Assembly: GCA_021791755.1 (NCBI GenBank)
Contig: JAJYWA010000001.1
Coordinates: 5,416-69,415 of the forward strand
Reading direction: 5' to 3'
DNA length: 64,000 nt
From: Actinomycetes bacterium
Lineage (GTDB): Bacteria > Actinomycetota > Acidimicrobiia > Acidimicrobiales > JAJZXF01
In this document: piece by piece, positions 1 through 8,374 of the stretch
Layout of the letters: the number at the start of each line of letters is the position of its first letter
Position numbering within the stretch: position 1 is the stretch's first letter
The notes under the pieces: model-generated
Database searches by the model: none
What the model was told of the DNA's origin: nothing
What the model saw: only the letters and a program-made list of their open reading frames with translations
Translations under genes and position numbers: made by a program

Positions 1-350
1 GCAATCCATGATGGTCGGTTGAAAGAGGCGCTCGCTGCGGCCAGGTCCTTTGTGTCGGGTGGCTAGTGGCGCCCGCCGGGCCCGCTGTCGCAAGAGCGCC
101 TGAAGGTGGCGTGTGACGGATCGCGCGAGGAGACAACCCACAGCGCTAAGGCGCTGTAGCGCCGTCGGACTGCCGGATGACCGGCTCCAAATCGAGCACT
201 GGGCGCCGCCAACTAAGCCCCCGAGAAGCTATAGCTCTGTCGGGACCAGATCGCGAGCGGGCAGTCGAGCCGTTGCTGGAACAGCCGCTCTTCCAGCTCT
301 CGGGCACGCGGCTTTGGCGTCGCTGCCAAGCAGATGACATCGTAAGTCAC

Positions 351-1418
351 ATGACACGTTGCACACGGATTGTGGTCTGCGATGGGGACGAAACAGGCCA
401 AGAGCTTCTGGAGCAGTCACTACGCGTCCTGACAGCCCCAGCTCTCGGCGTCCCGGTGGAGATAACACGTTTCGACCTGTCACTCGGGAACCGGCGGCGA
501 ACTCGCAACGGGATCGTCCGCGATGCCGCCGAGGCAATGCGTGAAGTTGGGCTCGGGTTGAAAGCGGCGACGATCACGCCCACCGCGATAGGAGACGTGG
601 GCTCACCGAACCGGATCCTGCGAGAAGCGGTCGGTGGGTCGGTGATCGTCCGTACTGGTCGGCGAATTCCCGGGGTGCCTCCGCTGGCGCCGGTGGTGCA
701 CCCGATCGTCGTGGTCCGGATGGCAGTAGGCGATGCCTACGGAGCTGACGAGAAGCGGACCGGAGCACAGGGGAGTATCGACGAGCAAGCCTCGCGTACC
801 GAGGTCATAGACCGTGGCACGTGCCGCAACGTCGCTGAGTTCGCGTTCCGCACAGCGAAGACCATGGACGCGTGCGTCTATGGCGGGCCCAAGTGGACCG
901 TTTCAGCGCTATACGAAGGGTTGCTGAAAGAAGAGATGGACGCCGCTGCGGCCCGCCACCAGACAGTGCGCTACCAGCCGATCCTCATCGATGCCGCGTA
1001 TGCAGGCCTCCTGACGGCAGCTGGGGACCAGCCGCTCGTGATACCGGCGCTCAACCGAGACGGCGATTGCCTTTCGGATCTGGTGCTGGCGCTTTTCGGC
1101 TCCATCGCCGGCTCCGAGTCGGTGTTGCTGGCCCTTGATGACACGCTATCCCCGACAGTTGCGATGGCGGAGGCGCCGCATGGAACGGCGCCATCGCTAA
1201 TGGGCAAGGACGTTGCAAATCCAATGGGCATGGTCCTTGCGTGCGCAGCGGTGCTCGATCATGCAGGCGCGAGAGGAGACCCAACGGCCACAGCCGCGGC
1301 GCACGCTGTCCGTTCGGCGACGCTCGAAGCGGCAGCTGACGGTGTCAGGACCTTCGATCTCGGAGGCAGCGCCTCGACAACCGGCGTCATCGACGAGATC
1401 CTCTCGCGCCTCGGGTAA
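351..1418 (+). CDS. isocitrate/isopropylmalate dehydrogenase family protein (beta-decarboxylating dehydrogenase)
   Basis: ORF 177..1418. Family-typical segments are 'RIVVCDGDETGQE', 'GLKAATITP' and the C-terminal 'EAPHGTAPSLMGKDVANPMGMVLA'. Start placed at the internal ATG 351 (MTRCTRIVV), where similarity begins; the upstream 58 codons look non-coding. Confidence 0.8.
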   Translation: MTRCTRIVVCDGDETGQELLEQSLRVLTAPALGVPVEITRFDLSLGNRRRTRNGIVRDAAEAMREVGLGLKAATITPTAIGDVGSPNRILREAVGGSVIVRTGRRIPGVPPLAPVVHPIVVVRMAVGDAYGADEKRTGAQGSIDEQASRTEVIDRGTCRNVAEFAFRTAKTMDACVYGGPKWTVSALYEGLLKEEMDAAAARHQTVRYQPILIDAAYAGLLTAAGDQPLVIPALNRDGDCLSDLVLALFGSIAGSESVLLALDDTLSPTVAMAEAPHGTAPSLMGKDVANPMGMVLACAAVLDHAGARGDPTATAAAHAVRSATLEAAADGVRTFDLGGSASTTGVIDEILSRLG

Positions 1419-1536
1419 CGTGCAGACGCTGGGCGCCGTGGGGCAAGCGAACAAGAGCGGAGAGAACATTGCCTCTGTGAACACGAACCGCAGGCCACCG
1501 CAGGCAACGCACGCCGGACCACCACAACGGCCGCCC

Positions 1537-1620
1537 TTCCTGACGCCTCTTCCTGACGCCTCTTCCTGACGCCTCGGCCTGACGCCTCGGCCTGACGCCT
1601 CTTCCTGACGCCTCGGCCTG
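1537..1620. repeat. 13-bp tandem repeat, 6.5 copies (ttcctgacgcctc / ggcctgacgcctc variants, order T T T G G T G)
   Basis: Read directly. Units at 1537, 1550, 1563, 1576, 1589 and 1602, plus a partial unit at 1615. The period is not a multiple of 3, the array is intergenic, and it ends 20 nt before the gpmA GTG start. Confidence 0.95.
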
Positions 1621-1640
1621 CGAGAAGGTACGCTCGAGAT

Positions 1641-2387
1641 GTGTCGACCCTCATCTTGGTACGCCATGGTCAGAGTACGTGGAACCAACAGAACAAGTTC
1701 ACCGGATGGGTAGACATTGACCTGAGCCCACAGGGAGAAGACGAGGCCAGGGCCGCTGGACAGCTACTGGCATCTGAAAAAGATATCCATATTGACGTTC
1801 TCCACACATCACTGCTCACTCGAGCTATCCGCACTGCAAACCTCGCCCTAGACGAGCTGGGGCGATCCTGGATCCCTATTCGCAAGCACTGGCGGTTGAA
1901 CGAGCGCCATTACGGAGCGCTCCAAGGACTGGACAAGAAGGATGCGGCAAAGCGCTTCGGACCGGAGCTGGTCAAGGCCTGGCGGAGAAGCTACGACGTA
2001 CCGCCGCCTCCGCTCGAAGCCGACAGCCCGCTCCACCCGCGCCACGACCCACGCTATGCAACACTTGCTCCCGAGGTCCTGCCTTCCAGCGAATGCCTCG
2101 CGAATGTGGTCACTCGAATCCTTCCCTATTGGCAGGATCACATAGTGGCGGATCTGCGAGCTGGGCTCACGGTGTGCGTCGTGGCTCACGGCAACAGCCT
2201 CCGCGCACTGGTAAAGCACTTGGAGCGCATCTCGGACACAGACGTGGTGTCGTTGGACATTCCTACCGGAATCCCACGTATATACCAGCTGTCGACCGAC
2301 AATCTTGAAGTCCTTGACGCCCGATATCTGGGAGATCCGGACGCAGTGGCCGCTGCAGCCCTGCAGGTTGCGCGCCAAGCTGGGTGA
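1641..2387 (+). CDS. gpmA: 2,3-bisphosphoglycerate-dependent phosphoglycerate mutase
   Basis: 248 aa. 'LVRHGQSTWNQQNKFTGWVD' (RHG catalytic motif), 'ERHYGALQG' and 'AHGNSLRAL' are hallmark dPGM segments. GTG start at 1641. Confidence 0.95.
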   Translation: MSTLILVRHGQSTWNQQNKFTGWVDIDLSPQGEDEARAAGQLLASEKDIHIDVLHTSLLTRAIRTANLALDELGRSWIPIRKHWRLNERHYGALQGLDKKDAAKRFGPELVKAWRRSYDVPPPPLEADSPLHPRHDPRYATLAPEVLPSSECLANVVTRILPYWQDHIVADLRAGLTVCVVAHGNSLRALVKHLERISDTDVVSLDIPTGIPRIYQLSTDNLEVLDARYLGDPDAVAAAALQVARQAG

Positions 2388-2399
2388 GGTGACCCGGGA

Positions 2400-3025
2400 G
2401 CTCGAACTGCCGGCCGAGTTGGAGCGCACCTCCTTGCGATCTGGACCTGCCGGAACGCAGCGTGTCCTCGTGCGCTCCGCGGCAAGAAGACTCCCGCCCT
2501 CAGGCGGAAGATGAACCCTGCGCTGGCGCTTCAGCTCCTTGCTGGGGCGCTCCAACGGGTTTGCGGTCCACGGCTGACGCCACTGAGAGCGCGGGAAGGA
2601 ACTGAACGCAAGGGTCTCTTCATTCGGCTCATCCACGAGACCGGGCATCTATGCATCGACGAGCCGCGCTCGGCGAACGTCGTTCTCATGTCGTTCCAGC
2701 AGATCCGAGATCTCCTCTCTTGTCGCTTGGGCAAAGATCGTCCAGAGGCGGCAGACATCATCTCGCGGCCGCCCTTGGGCACGGCCACGAGCAGGTTTCT
2801 CTTTGCGAAGTGGACTCGGCAGCGTTGATACGGACGCCTTGGAAGCAACGGCCGATGGCCGCGGCACGGCCGGCGGCTTAGGTCGCGATGGTCTGTGGAC
2901 GATGCCCGATGGCTCGACGAGGCGCCCTCGCCGGCACGGAGCACGCCGAGCAGCGTGGACAGGCGATGCTTTTCAGTGGTGATCACTGGGTCGTTCTCCT
3001 GCCATGCATTCGGCCACCAGGGCAT
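2400..3025 (-). pseudogene. IS256-family (Mutator-type) transposase remnant: C-terminal half, frameshifted
   Basis: Three minus-strand frames carry consecutive IS256 transposase signatures: 'YQRCRVHFAKRNLL..VPKGG', 'LWTIFAQATREE' and 'TLAFSSFPRSQWRQPWTANPLERPSKELKRQRRV'. The N-terminal half is absent and there are at least 2 frame changes. Confidence 0.7.
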
Positions 3026-3137
3026 ATGGCGACCACCCCGCTAGAACCTTTGTGCTGCACCATCCTGGCGCCTCAAACCTCATCACTTGGGGGAGCTCAC
3101 ACTTTGAGCGGGACGCGCCTTCCAGGAATATTTAATG

Positions 3138-3169
3138 TGTGCACATAGCGTATAGCAAAGTGTACACTT
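3138..3169 (+). promoter_or_regulatory. AT-rich promoter/operator region of the Phd-VapC operon with two palindromes
   Basis: Perfect palindromes 'tgtgcaca' (3138-3145) and 'aagtgtacactt' (3158-3169) flank a 'tatagc' -10-like hexamer. They lie 8-40 nt upstream of the ATG at 3177. This is the locally lowest-GC stretch. Confidence 0.4.
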
Positions 3170-3176
3170 TCGTCCC

Positions 3177-3446
3177 ATGGAGGTCGGTATTAGAGAGCTA
3201 CGACGTAACCTCAGTGGCTACCTGGCCAAAGTTAGTGAAGGCGACGAGGTGATCGTCACGGACCGAGGTACCGCTGTCGCCAAGATTCTCTCGATCTCCG
3301 GTGACCGGGCCGGTGACCGGGCCTTCGACCGGGCAGTCGCGGACGGGCTCGTCACCCCGGCGTCGCACCGGGAGCGGAGTCGACCCGCTCGGCGGGTGAA
3401 GAGTAGTGCGAACGTAAGCGACCTAGTCGGCGACCAGCGTCGTTGA
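3177..3446 (+). CDS. Phd/YefM-type antitoxin
   Basis: 89 aa. 'IRELRRNLSGYLAKVSEGDEVIVTDRGTAVAKI' is the classic Phd/YefM N-terminal fold signature. Its stop overlaps the next start (TTGA at 3443-3446). Confidence 0.85.
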   Translation: MEVGIRELRRNLSGYLAKVSEGDEVIVTDRGTAVAKILSISGDRAGDRAFDRAVADGLVTPASHRERSRPARRVKSSANVSDLVGDQRR

Positions 3447-3874
3447 TCGTCTACTTCGAGACGTCCGCGATTGTGCCCATAGTGATCGAAGAGACGTCGA
3501 GCACTGTTGCGTCACGGCTCTGGGACGAAGCGGACCACGTCTTGTCATCACGTCTGGTCTACGCCGAGGGCCGCGCCGCGCTGGCTACGGCGCGACGTAT
3601 GGACAGCATCGACGAACAAGAGCTCAGAGAGGCCCTCGATGCCTTTGAGGCACTACACGACCAGCTCGACGTGATCGAGATCACCGAGGGGCTCGTCCGA
3701 GACGCTGGAGCCTTGGCCGAACAACTGAGCCTTCGGGGCCACGACGCCGTCCACTTGGCCTCAGCCCGCCTGGTAGACGACCCAGAGATGGTGATCGCGA
3801 CTAGAGACCAAGCTCTTATTGCAGCTGCCAGAGACCTGGGAATGGCTACAGCAGTCTGGACTCCCTCGTCCTGA
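3443..3874 (+). CDS. vapC: PIN-domain ribonuclease toxin
   Basis: 143 aa. 'IVYFETSAIV' supplies the first acidic PIN residue, and 'RGHDAVHLASA' matches the conserved D-A-x-H-L-A segment. Coupled to the upstream antitoxin. Confidence 0.88.
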   Translation: MIVYFETSAIVPIVIEETSSTVASRLWDEADHVLSSRLVYAEGRAALATARRMDSIDEQELREALDAFEALHDQLDVIEITEGLVRDAGALAEQLSLRGHDAVHLASARLVDDPEMVIATRDQALIAAARDLGMATAVWTPSS

Positions 3875-3924
3875 TGTGCGATACCGGACATCGTGCTGAC
3901 ACGCACCACTGCCTTTACCGTTGG

Positions 3925-3951
3925 CTGAGTCCAGGACTCCTGACACAGGGG
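3925..3951. repeat. 27-bp repeat, copy A (inverted partner at 17670..17696)
   Basis: 'ctgagtccaggactcctgacacagggg' equals the reverse complement of 17670-17696 at 26 of 27 positions. Confidence 0.9.
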
Positions 3952-4042
3952 GGCGCCCATAGTACCTGAGCTGGAACCATCCAACACCTGCGGCTTTCTG
4001 TGTGATCAGAACGCGCAGAATATTTCGACGATCTGGAAGGGC

Positions 4043-4700
4043 TTGGCAATGGCTGAAAAGGTTGCGAGACTGACTGAGGTGCAACAGCCGCTGCCGCTCT
4101 CTCCGGTCGGATCGGTTCAGATAGCGGACGGCATCGCGCTCTTCGAAGATGCGGATCACTCCGGCACGGTGTTCGTCTGGGGGCAGGCAACCTGGTGCTG
4201 GAGTGCGTCGGACCCGGCTATGCGCAGGCTCTGCGCTGTGCAACTCGTGAACGCGGACACAGGACGCCAGCGCGCCGTGTCGGGGTGGCCACGAAGGAGT
4301 CCCTCCTCGAGCTCGTCGATGCCGCCTGGGACCCTGGACGGAGCGTTGCCGGCGCCTGCGGTGAGCTCGATCTCTCCGAGAGGCGAGCGTACCGGTGGAT
4401 GAGACGAGCGTACCGGTGGATGGGGCGCCGGAAGATCTGGGAACTGCCGGAGCGGGTCGTCCGCCACAGCCTCATGCATGGATTGCTCGACAGCGACATA
4501 GCCACGATCGTGAAGCCCTACCCGCCTGGGAGGAGATCGAGCGCTCGCATCACAAGCTCACCTACCGGGCCTCTACCTCGGGCGCGTGTGGGCGTCGCCA
4601 TCGTCGCTGCGGCTTGCACCGACTGGCAAGGGGCTGCATCTCGAACCACCGCAGCCGGGCTTCTTCGTAGACACGCCATTCCCCGAGCGGGTCGAGCGCC
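4043..4700 (+). pseudogene. DDE (rve/integrase-core type) transposase remnant with HTH N-terminus, multiply frameshifted
   Basis: Three frames carry pieces: 'FVWGQATWCWSASDPAMRRLCAVQLV', an HTH-like 'RSVAGACGELDLSERRAYRW', and 'WEEIERSHHKLTYRAS', which resembles the 'DRSHRKLAHRGSY' segment of actinobacterial rve-type transposases. Contains a 21-bp tandem duplication at 4384-4425. Family assignment is from memory only. Confidence 0.45.
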
Positions 4701-5330
4701 GCCCGAGCCAGACTTCTACCTACGACGCGACACGCGTCACGAGGTGAAGTCAGACCTCACGTCATCGAGTGCCGTGTCAGCCGCAAGCAGGTCGTCGACA
4801 CCCTTGTCTCCGGTGAAGACCTCGTCCCAGGCCGAGATCGTCCACACCGACGCGCTGGACGCCGAGGGCCTTCTCGAGCTCGTCACGGCAAGAGCCAACG
4901 GGATCGTGAAACCCACGTCGACGACGCGACCCAGCCGATCCTGCTCGCTGCCTCGGCCAATGCACCACCGATGACCTAGGCATCGACGCGCGAGCTTATG
5001 GCGCTGTGCGCGATCGCCCAGCGCTTCGGCCGGCCGGACTTACCGCCGTCTGCCAGCGCCGGATCAGGCCTGCCTTCATGCCGGGATCAGCTGATGACTC
5101 CGAACAACGAGCACGACGGGAAAAACCCGGACATCCGCAACGCACGGGAGGCAGGCTTGGAATCACCGTGCCTTGGCCGGCTCGCCTATTATCGCAATCA
5201 AGGGCACCGGAACCCGACCGGGTGGGCCACGATATGTCGTCAGGTTCAACAAGACTCTCTGTCACGGAGTATGAACAGGTCATCTCGGGTTGACATCGGC
5301 ACGAGTGGAGGCAGGGAGTAAGGAGGGCTC

Positions 5331-6082
5331 ATGACAAACAGGCTGTCGATCTTCGTCGATGCCGGTCGCTTTGTCTCGGATCTAGCTACCTGGCTCTGTG
5401 ACATGTATCCCAACGAGGAGCTCCTGCGCACATACTGGTACGACGTCGCTAAGAACGTGTCGAGCACTGACCAACTCAATGTGGCTGCCTCCCTTTCGTC
5501 AAGATGCGCCTGGGTCACATCAACACCGCGGGCCAGCGGAAGGGGGTTGACATACTCATGGTCCAGAACTTAATGGTCTTGTCACAGAAGCGATCGATCC
5601 AACATGCAGTAGTGCTCTCGGGAGACGAGGATCTCCGGGAGGGCATCGAGTACGCCCAAGAACGCGGGGTACGGGTGGCGGTCGTCGGCATCGATGCGAG
5701 CGGCGATCTGAACCAGTCACCCGAGCTCGTGCGTGAAGCAGACCAGACACTGGTCCTTCCGGTCAATATCATCTCGAACAACCCCCACCGGACGCCGGCC
5801 GCTGTTCCGGTCGCACTGAGCGCCTCGGCGCCTCCGCCAATGTCCTCCTCGAATCGCCCACGTGACACAACGGCGCCCACAGCCGACAATCCGTTCGCGA
5901 CCCACGCAGTAGCCTTCACACATACCTGGCTCACGGAAGCCCCTCAGCGCTCCCTGACAAGCCTCGTCGAAGGGAGGCCGACGATTACGCGCGACATCGA
6001 CGCGCAGATGCTTCGCTTTGTGGCCTACCGTCGACAACGACGCCAGACTGACGGACATGCGAGGACGCACGCGGCGGAGTGA
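5331..6082 (+). pseudogene. NYN/LabA-like (DUF88) domain protein, interrupted by one frameshift near 5490-5500
   Basis: Frame 0 (5331-5573) gives 'LSIFVDAGRF...LLRTYWYD'. Another frame (from 5471) continues with 'QRKGVDILMVQNLMVLSQKRSIQHAVVLSGDEDLREGIEYAQERGVRVAVVG', the NYN core. An 'aaggaggg' RBS lies 6 nt before the ATG at 5331. Confidence 0.65.
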
Positions 6083-6155
6083 CCACGGATAACCTCTCCA
6101 GTCGTGTTCGCCAGGGCCCTGTTGGCCTTCGGGCGCAATCAGCAGCGAGTAAGCC

Positions 6156-6740
6156 ATGACTATCTATTTCACCGCCGACCAGCACTTCGGTCACCTGAAC
6201 ATCATCGAGTACTGCGGCCGGCCGTTTCACAGCGTCGGGGAGATGAACGCAATTCTCATCGCGAACTGGAACGCCGTCGTCGGCCAGGACGACACCGTCC
6301 ACGTCCTCGGCGACATCGCCATGGGTCGGCGGGAGGAGTCGATGCCACTCATCGGCCGGCTCGCAGGCCGCAAGATCTTGTACCCAGGGAACCACGACCG
6401 CTGCTGGTACGGCCACGGAGACCGTGCCCTCCAGCTCGAGCAGCAGTACCTCGACGCCGGGTTCGCAGAGATTCGCCAGGGTCCACGCACCGTGACGGTA
6501 GGCAACCGGGAGGTCATGGTATGTCACCTCCCGTACTACGGCGACAGCGACGACACCGAGCGCTACAGCAGGTTCAGACCTGCCGACAAGGGAATGTGGC
6601 TGCTCCATGGCCACGTCCACGAGAAGTGGCGCCAGCAGGGACACATGATCAACGTCGGCGTGGATGTCTGGAACTTCACGCCGGTCGCCGAAAAGGTGAT
6701 CAGCCGGCTGACGGACGCGACCCCGCTTGCGAGCTCCTGA
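6156..6740 (+). CDS. calcineurin-like metallophosphoesterase
   Basis: 194 aa. 'IYFTADQHFGH', 'VHVLGDIAMG', 'YPGNHDRCW' and 'LHGHVHEKW' are the four metal-binding motifs (DxH, GD, GNHD/E, GH). Confidence 0.85.
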   Translation: MTIYFTADQHFGHLNIIEYCGRPFHSVGEMNAILIANWNAVVGQDDTVHVLGDIAMGRREESMPLIGRLAGRKILYPGNHDRCWYGHGDRALQLEQQYLDAGFAEIRQGPRTVTVGNREVMVCHLPYYGDSDDTERYSRFRPADKGMWLLHGHVHEKWRQQGHMINVGVDVWNFTPVAEKVISRLTDATPLASS

Positions 6741-6841
6741 TGGGCCGTGCCTCGTGCCGACGACCATTCCCGCGACGATGCTCCAGCCGGACGTGCGGCG
6801 TCTCGATCGTCCCGGGAGTCTCTGTTCGGCCGCTAGGCGAC

Positions 6842-7228
6842 TTAGCTCAGGCTCAGCTCCCTCGCGGCTTCCGGCGCGATGGTCCTGCAGCTCGCCCGCG
6901 CAGCCACTCCTCCAAGCGGTCGCGACTGACCTGGTGGCCGCGATGGAGACGCGCTCACCACCAGCTGGAGATACTTGTAGTCGACATCGGGCGGGTACCG
7001 GAGCCTGCTGCGGACGCCGGGGGCCCACGCCCCTGGCAGATCGGGGTGGGCGATCTCGCTGGCTTCGTTGACCACCTGGCGAGGCATGGCAATTCGCCCC
7101 TCCTCTACCAGCTGCTCCAACAGCTTGAAAGCGGCCCACTGGTCCGACACGCTGATGAGCGTCTTGAAGTTGATCAGTGCAGAAGTGTCCACGATCCAGA
7201 CCGGATCTGGCTCAAGTCCCGGTAGCAA
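6842..7228 (-). CDS. DUF4411-like PIN-fold protein (putative toxin/effector partner of the ImmA protein)
   Basis: ORF 6842..7318. The N-terminal 'VWIVDTSALINFK' resembles a PIN-like first strand, and the position immediately after an HTH-ImmA gene is the usual DUF4411 context. The start is uncertain (TTG 7228 overlapping the ImmA stop, or GTG 7192). The C-terminal third is low-complexity. Confidence 0.5.
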   Translation of the reverse strand: MLPGLEPDPVWIVDTSALINFKTLISVSDQWAAFKLLEQLVEEGRIAMPRQVVNEASEIAHPDLPGAWAPGVRSRLRYPPDVDYKYLQLVVSASPSRPPGQSRPLGGVAARASCRTIAPEAARELSLS

Positions 7229-8372
7229 CGAGGCTCCGGAGATCGTCGACCTGTCCCGTGGTGAGATGCAGGCAGTCCGAGAGATCCGAGCGAGTGAGCC
7301 GGTTGTGCTCGGTAGCATCGATCAGGATGGCGGGAATTCGCGCTCCGAGCTCGCCGAGACGCTTCTCGGGGGCGGGCCGGCCCCCGCCGCCTCCCGCCTG
7401 GGCATTCCAGTCACGATCGGCAAGCTCGCGCTCAACCATTCCGTACAAGGACGCCGGCGCAAGGCGTAGCTCCTGGAGCCTCAGGCTGGCGGCGCGGGTG
7501 CTGACATTGAACCGTCCCGCAATCCGTCGAGCGGTCTCCACATCGCTGACCTGGGCGTGTTCCGACATCCCGAGACGCGACGTGACGGTACGCAAGGCGT
7601 CAGCCGGGATGAGGAGCTCGGCGGCGAACCGATCGCACCAACGCTCGGCGCCCACCTCGACGTCGCTCGGTACGACGAAACCGATACAGGCCGCGTCCGT
7701 GCGAGTGACGAGATGCCCGACCTCATGGAAGAGGGTGAAGATCCGCGCCGTCGGGTGGTAGGCGGTGTTGACCCCGACAATCGGGGCGTGATCGTCCCAG
7801 GCAGAAAAGCCCCGCACGCTCTCTCGACCGAGTTGTAGCTGAACCACGAGGATGCCGAGCTCCTCGAGGACTTCTCGCCACCGCCGGAAAGCCTCGCTCG
7901 GGCTCTCCCACGCAAGCTGCTCCGCTGGCGTAACCCCGAGCATCCGTCGCACGCTTGCCGCTGCATCAAGCGAGTTGTCGTTCGTCGAGAACTGAGGCAG
8001 CGCCACCGGGGCGTCGTCCTCGTCACGCAGCACCCACCCGACGATCTCTTGCAGCCGACGCGCCCAACGGATCTGGCGAACCTCTTCCTTCGACAGGCGG
8101 TGCCCCATCAGGCCAGGGACGGAGCGCAGGCTCGTCGGCAACCCTGCCCGGCTGGGCGGCTCGGGAAGGAAGAAGAGGGCAGTCGGTCGCCGAAGCAGTT
8201 CAGCGAGCCGGCTGAACTGTCCGCGAGTGGGATACGCCTCGCCAGCCTCCCAAGCGCGAACAGCGTCGGGCTCTACGTCCAAATCGGCAGCAACCTCGGC
8301 ACGCGTCAGCGCCGCTTCTTCACGAGCCCACACCAGCACCGAGCCGGTAATGGGCACCTCTCGTCGAGCCAT
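7212..8372 (-). CDS. XRE-family HTH fused to ImmA/IrrE (DUF955, COG2856) zinc metalloprotease
   Basis: N-terminal HTH: 'LVWAREEAALTRAEVAADLDVEPDAVRAWEAGEAYPTRGQFSRLAELL'. The HExxH motif 'FHEVGHL' is encoded at 7713-7727, followed by 'ERWCDRFAAELLIPADAL'. The ATG at 8372 lies 2 nt after the helicase stop. Confidence 0.85.
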   Translation of the reverse strand: MARREVPITGSVLVWAREEAALTRAEVAADLDVEPDAVRAWEAGEAYPTRGQFSRLAELLRRPTALFFLPEPPSRAGLPTSLRSVPGLMGHRLSKEEVRQIRWARRLQEIVGWVLRDEDDAPVALPQFSTNDNSLDAAASVRRMLGVTPAEQLAWESPSEAFRRWREVLEELGILVVQLQLGRESVRGFSAWDDHAPIVGVNTAYHPTARIFTLFHEVGHLVTRTDAACIGFVVPSDVEVGAERWCDRFAAELLIPADALRTVTSRLGMSEHAQVSDVETARRIAGRFNVSTRAASLRLQELRLAPASLYGMVERELADRDWNAQAGGGGGRPAPEKRLGELGARIPAILIDATEHNRLTRSDLSDCLHLTTGQVDDLRSLVATGT

Positions 8373-8374
8373 CG

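Noticed and set aside
1537-1620. CRISPR array (also considered for the other tandem repeats listed)
   Set aside because: The repeats are directly abutting with no unique spacers, the units are only 12-25 bp, and there are no cas genes in the window.
1848-2648. 266-aa minus-strand ORF treated as one gene
   Set aside because: It is a chimera. Its 5' part (2400-2648) is the last fragment of the IS256-type transposase remnant. The rest is merely antisense read-through over gpmA.
5487-5500. Possible programmed -1 ribosomal frameshift at 'ccctttc' joining the two NYN frames
   Set aside because: In the zero frame the codons are tcc-ctt-tcg, so the heptamer is not in the X_XXY_YYZ register. No obvious downstream stimulatory structure was seen. 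A mutational or assembly indel is more parsimonious.
5985-7225. Long ORFs 5985..7139 (-, 384 aa) and 6104..7225 (+, 373 aa)
   Set aside because: Their Arg/Pro/Gly/Ser-rich translations have no family signal. They overlap, out of frame or antisense, the well-supported phosphoesterase and DUF4411-like genes. These are typical shadow ORFs of high-GC DNA.
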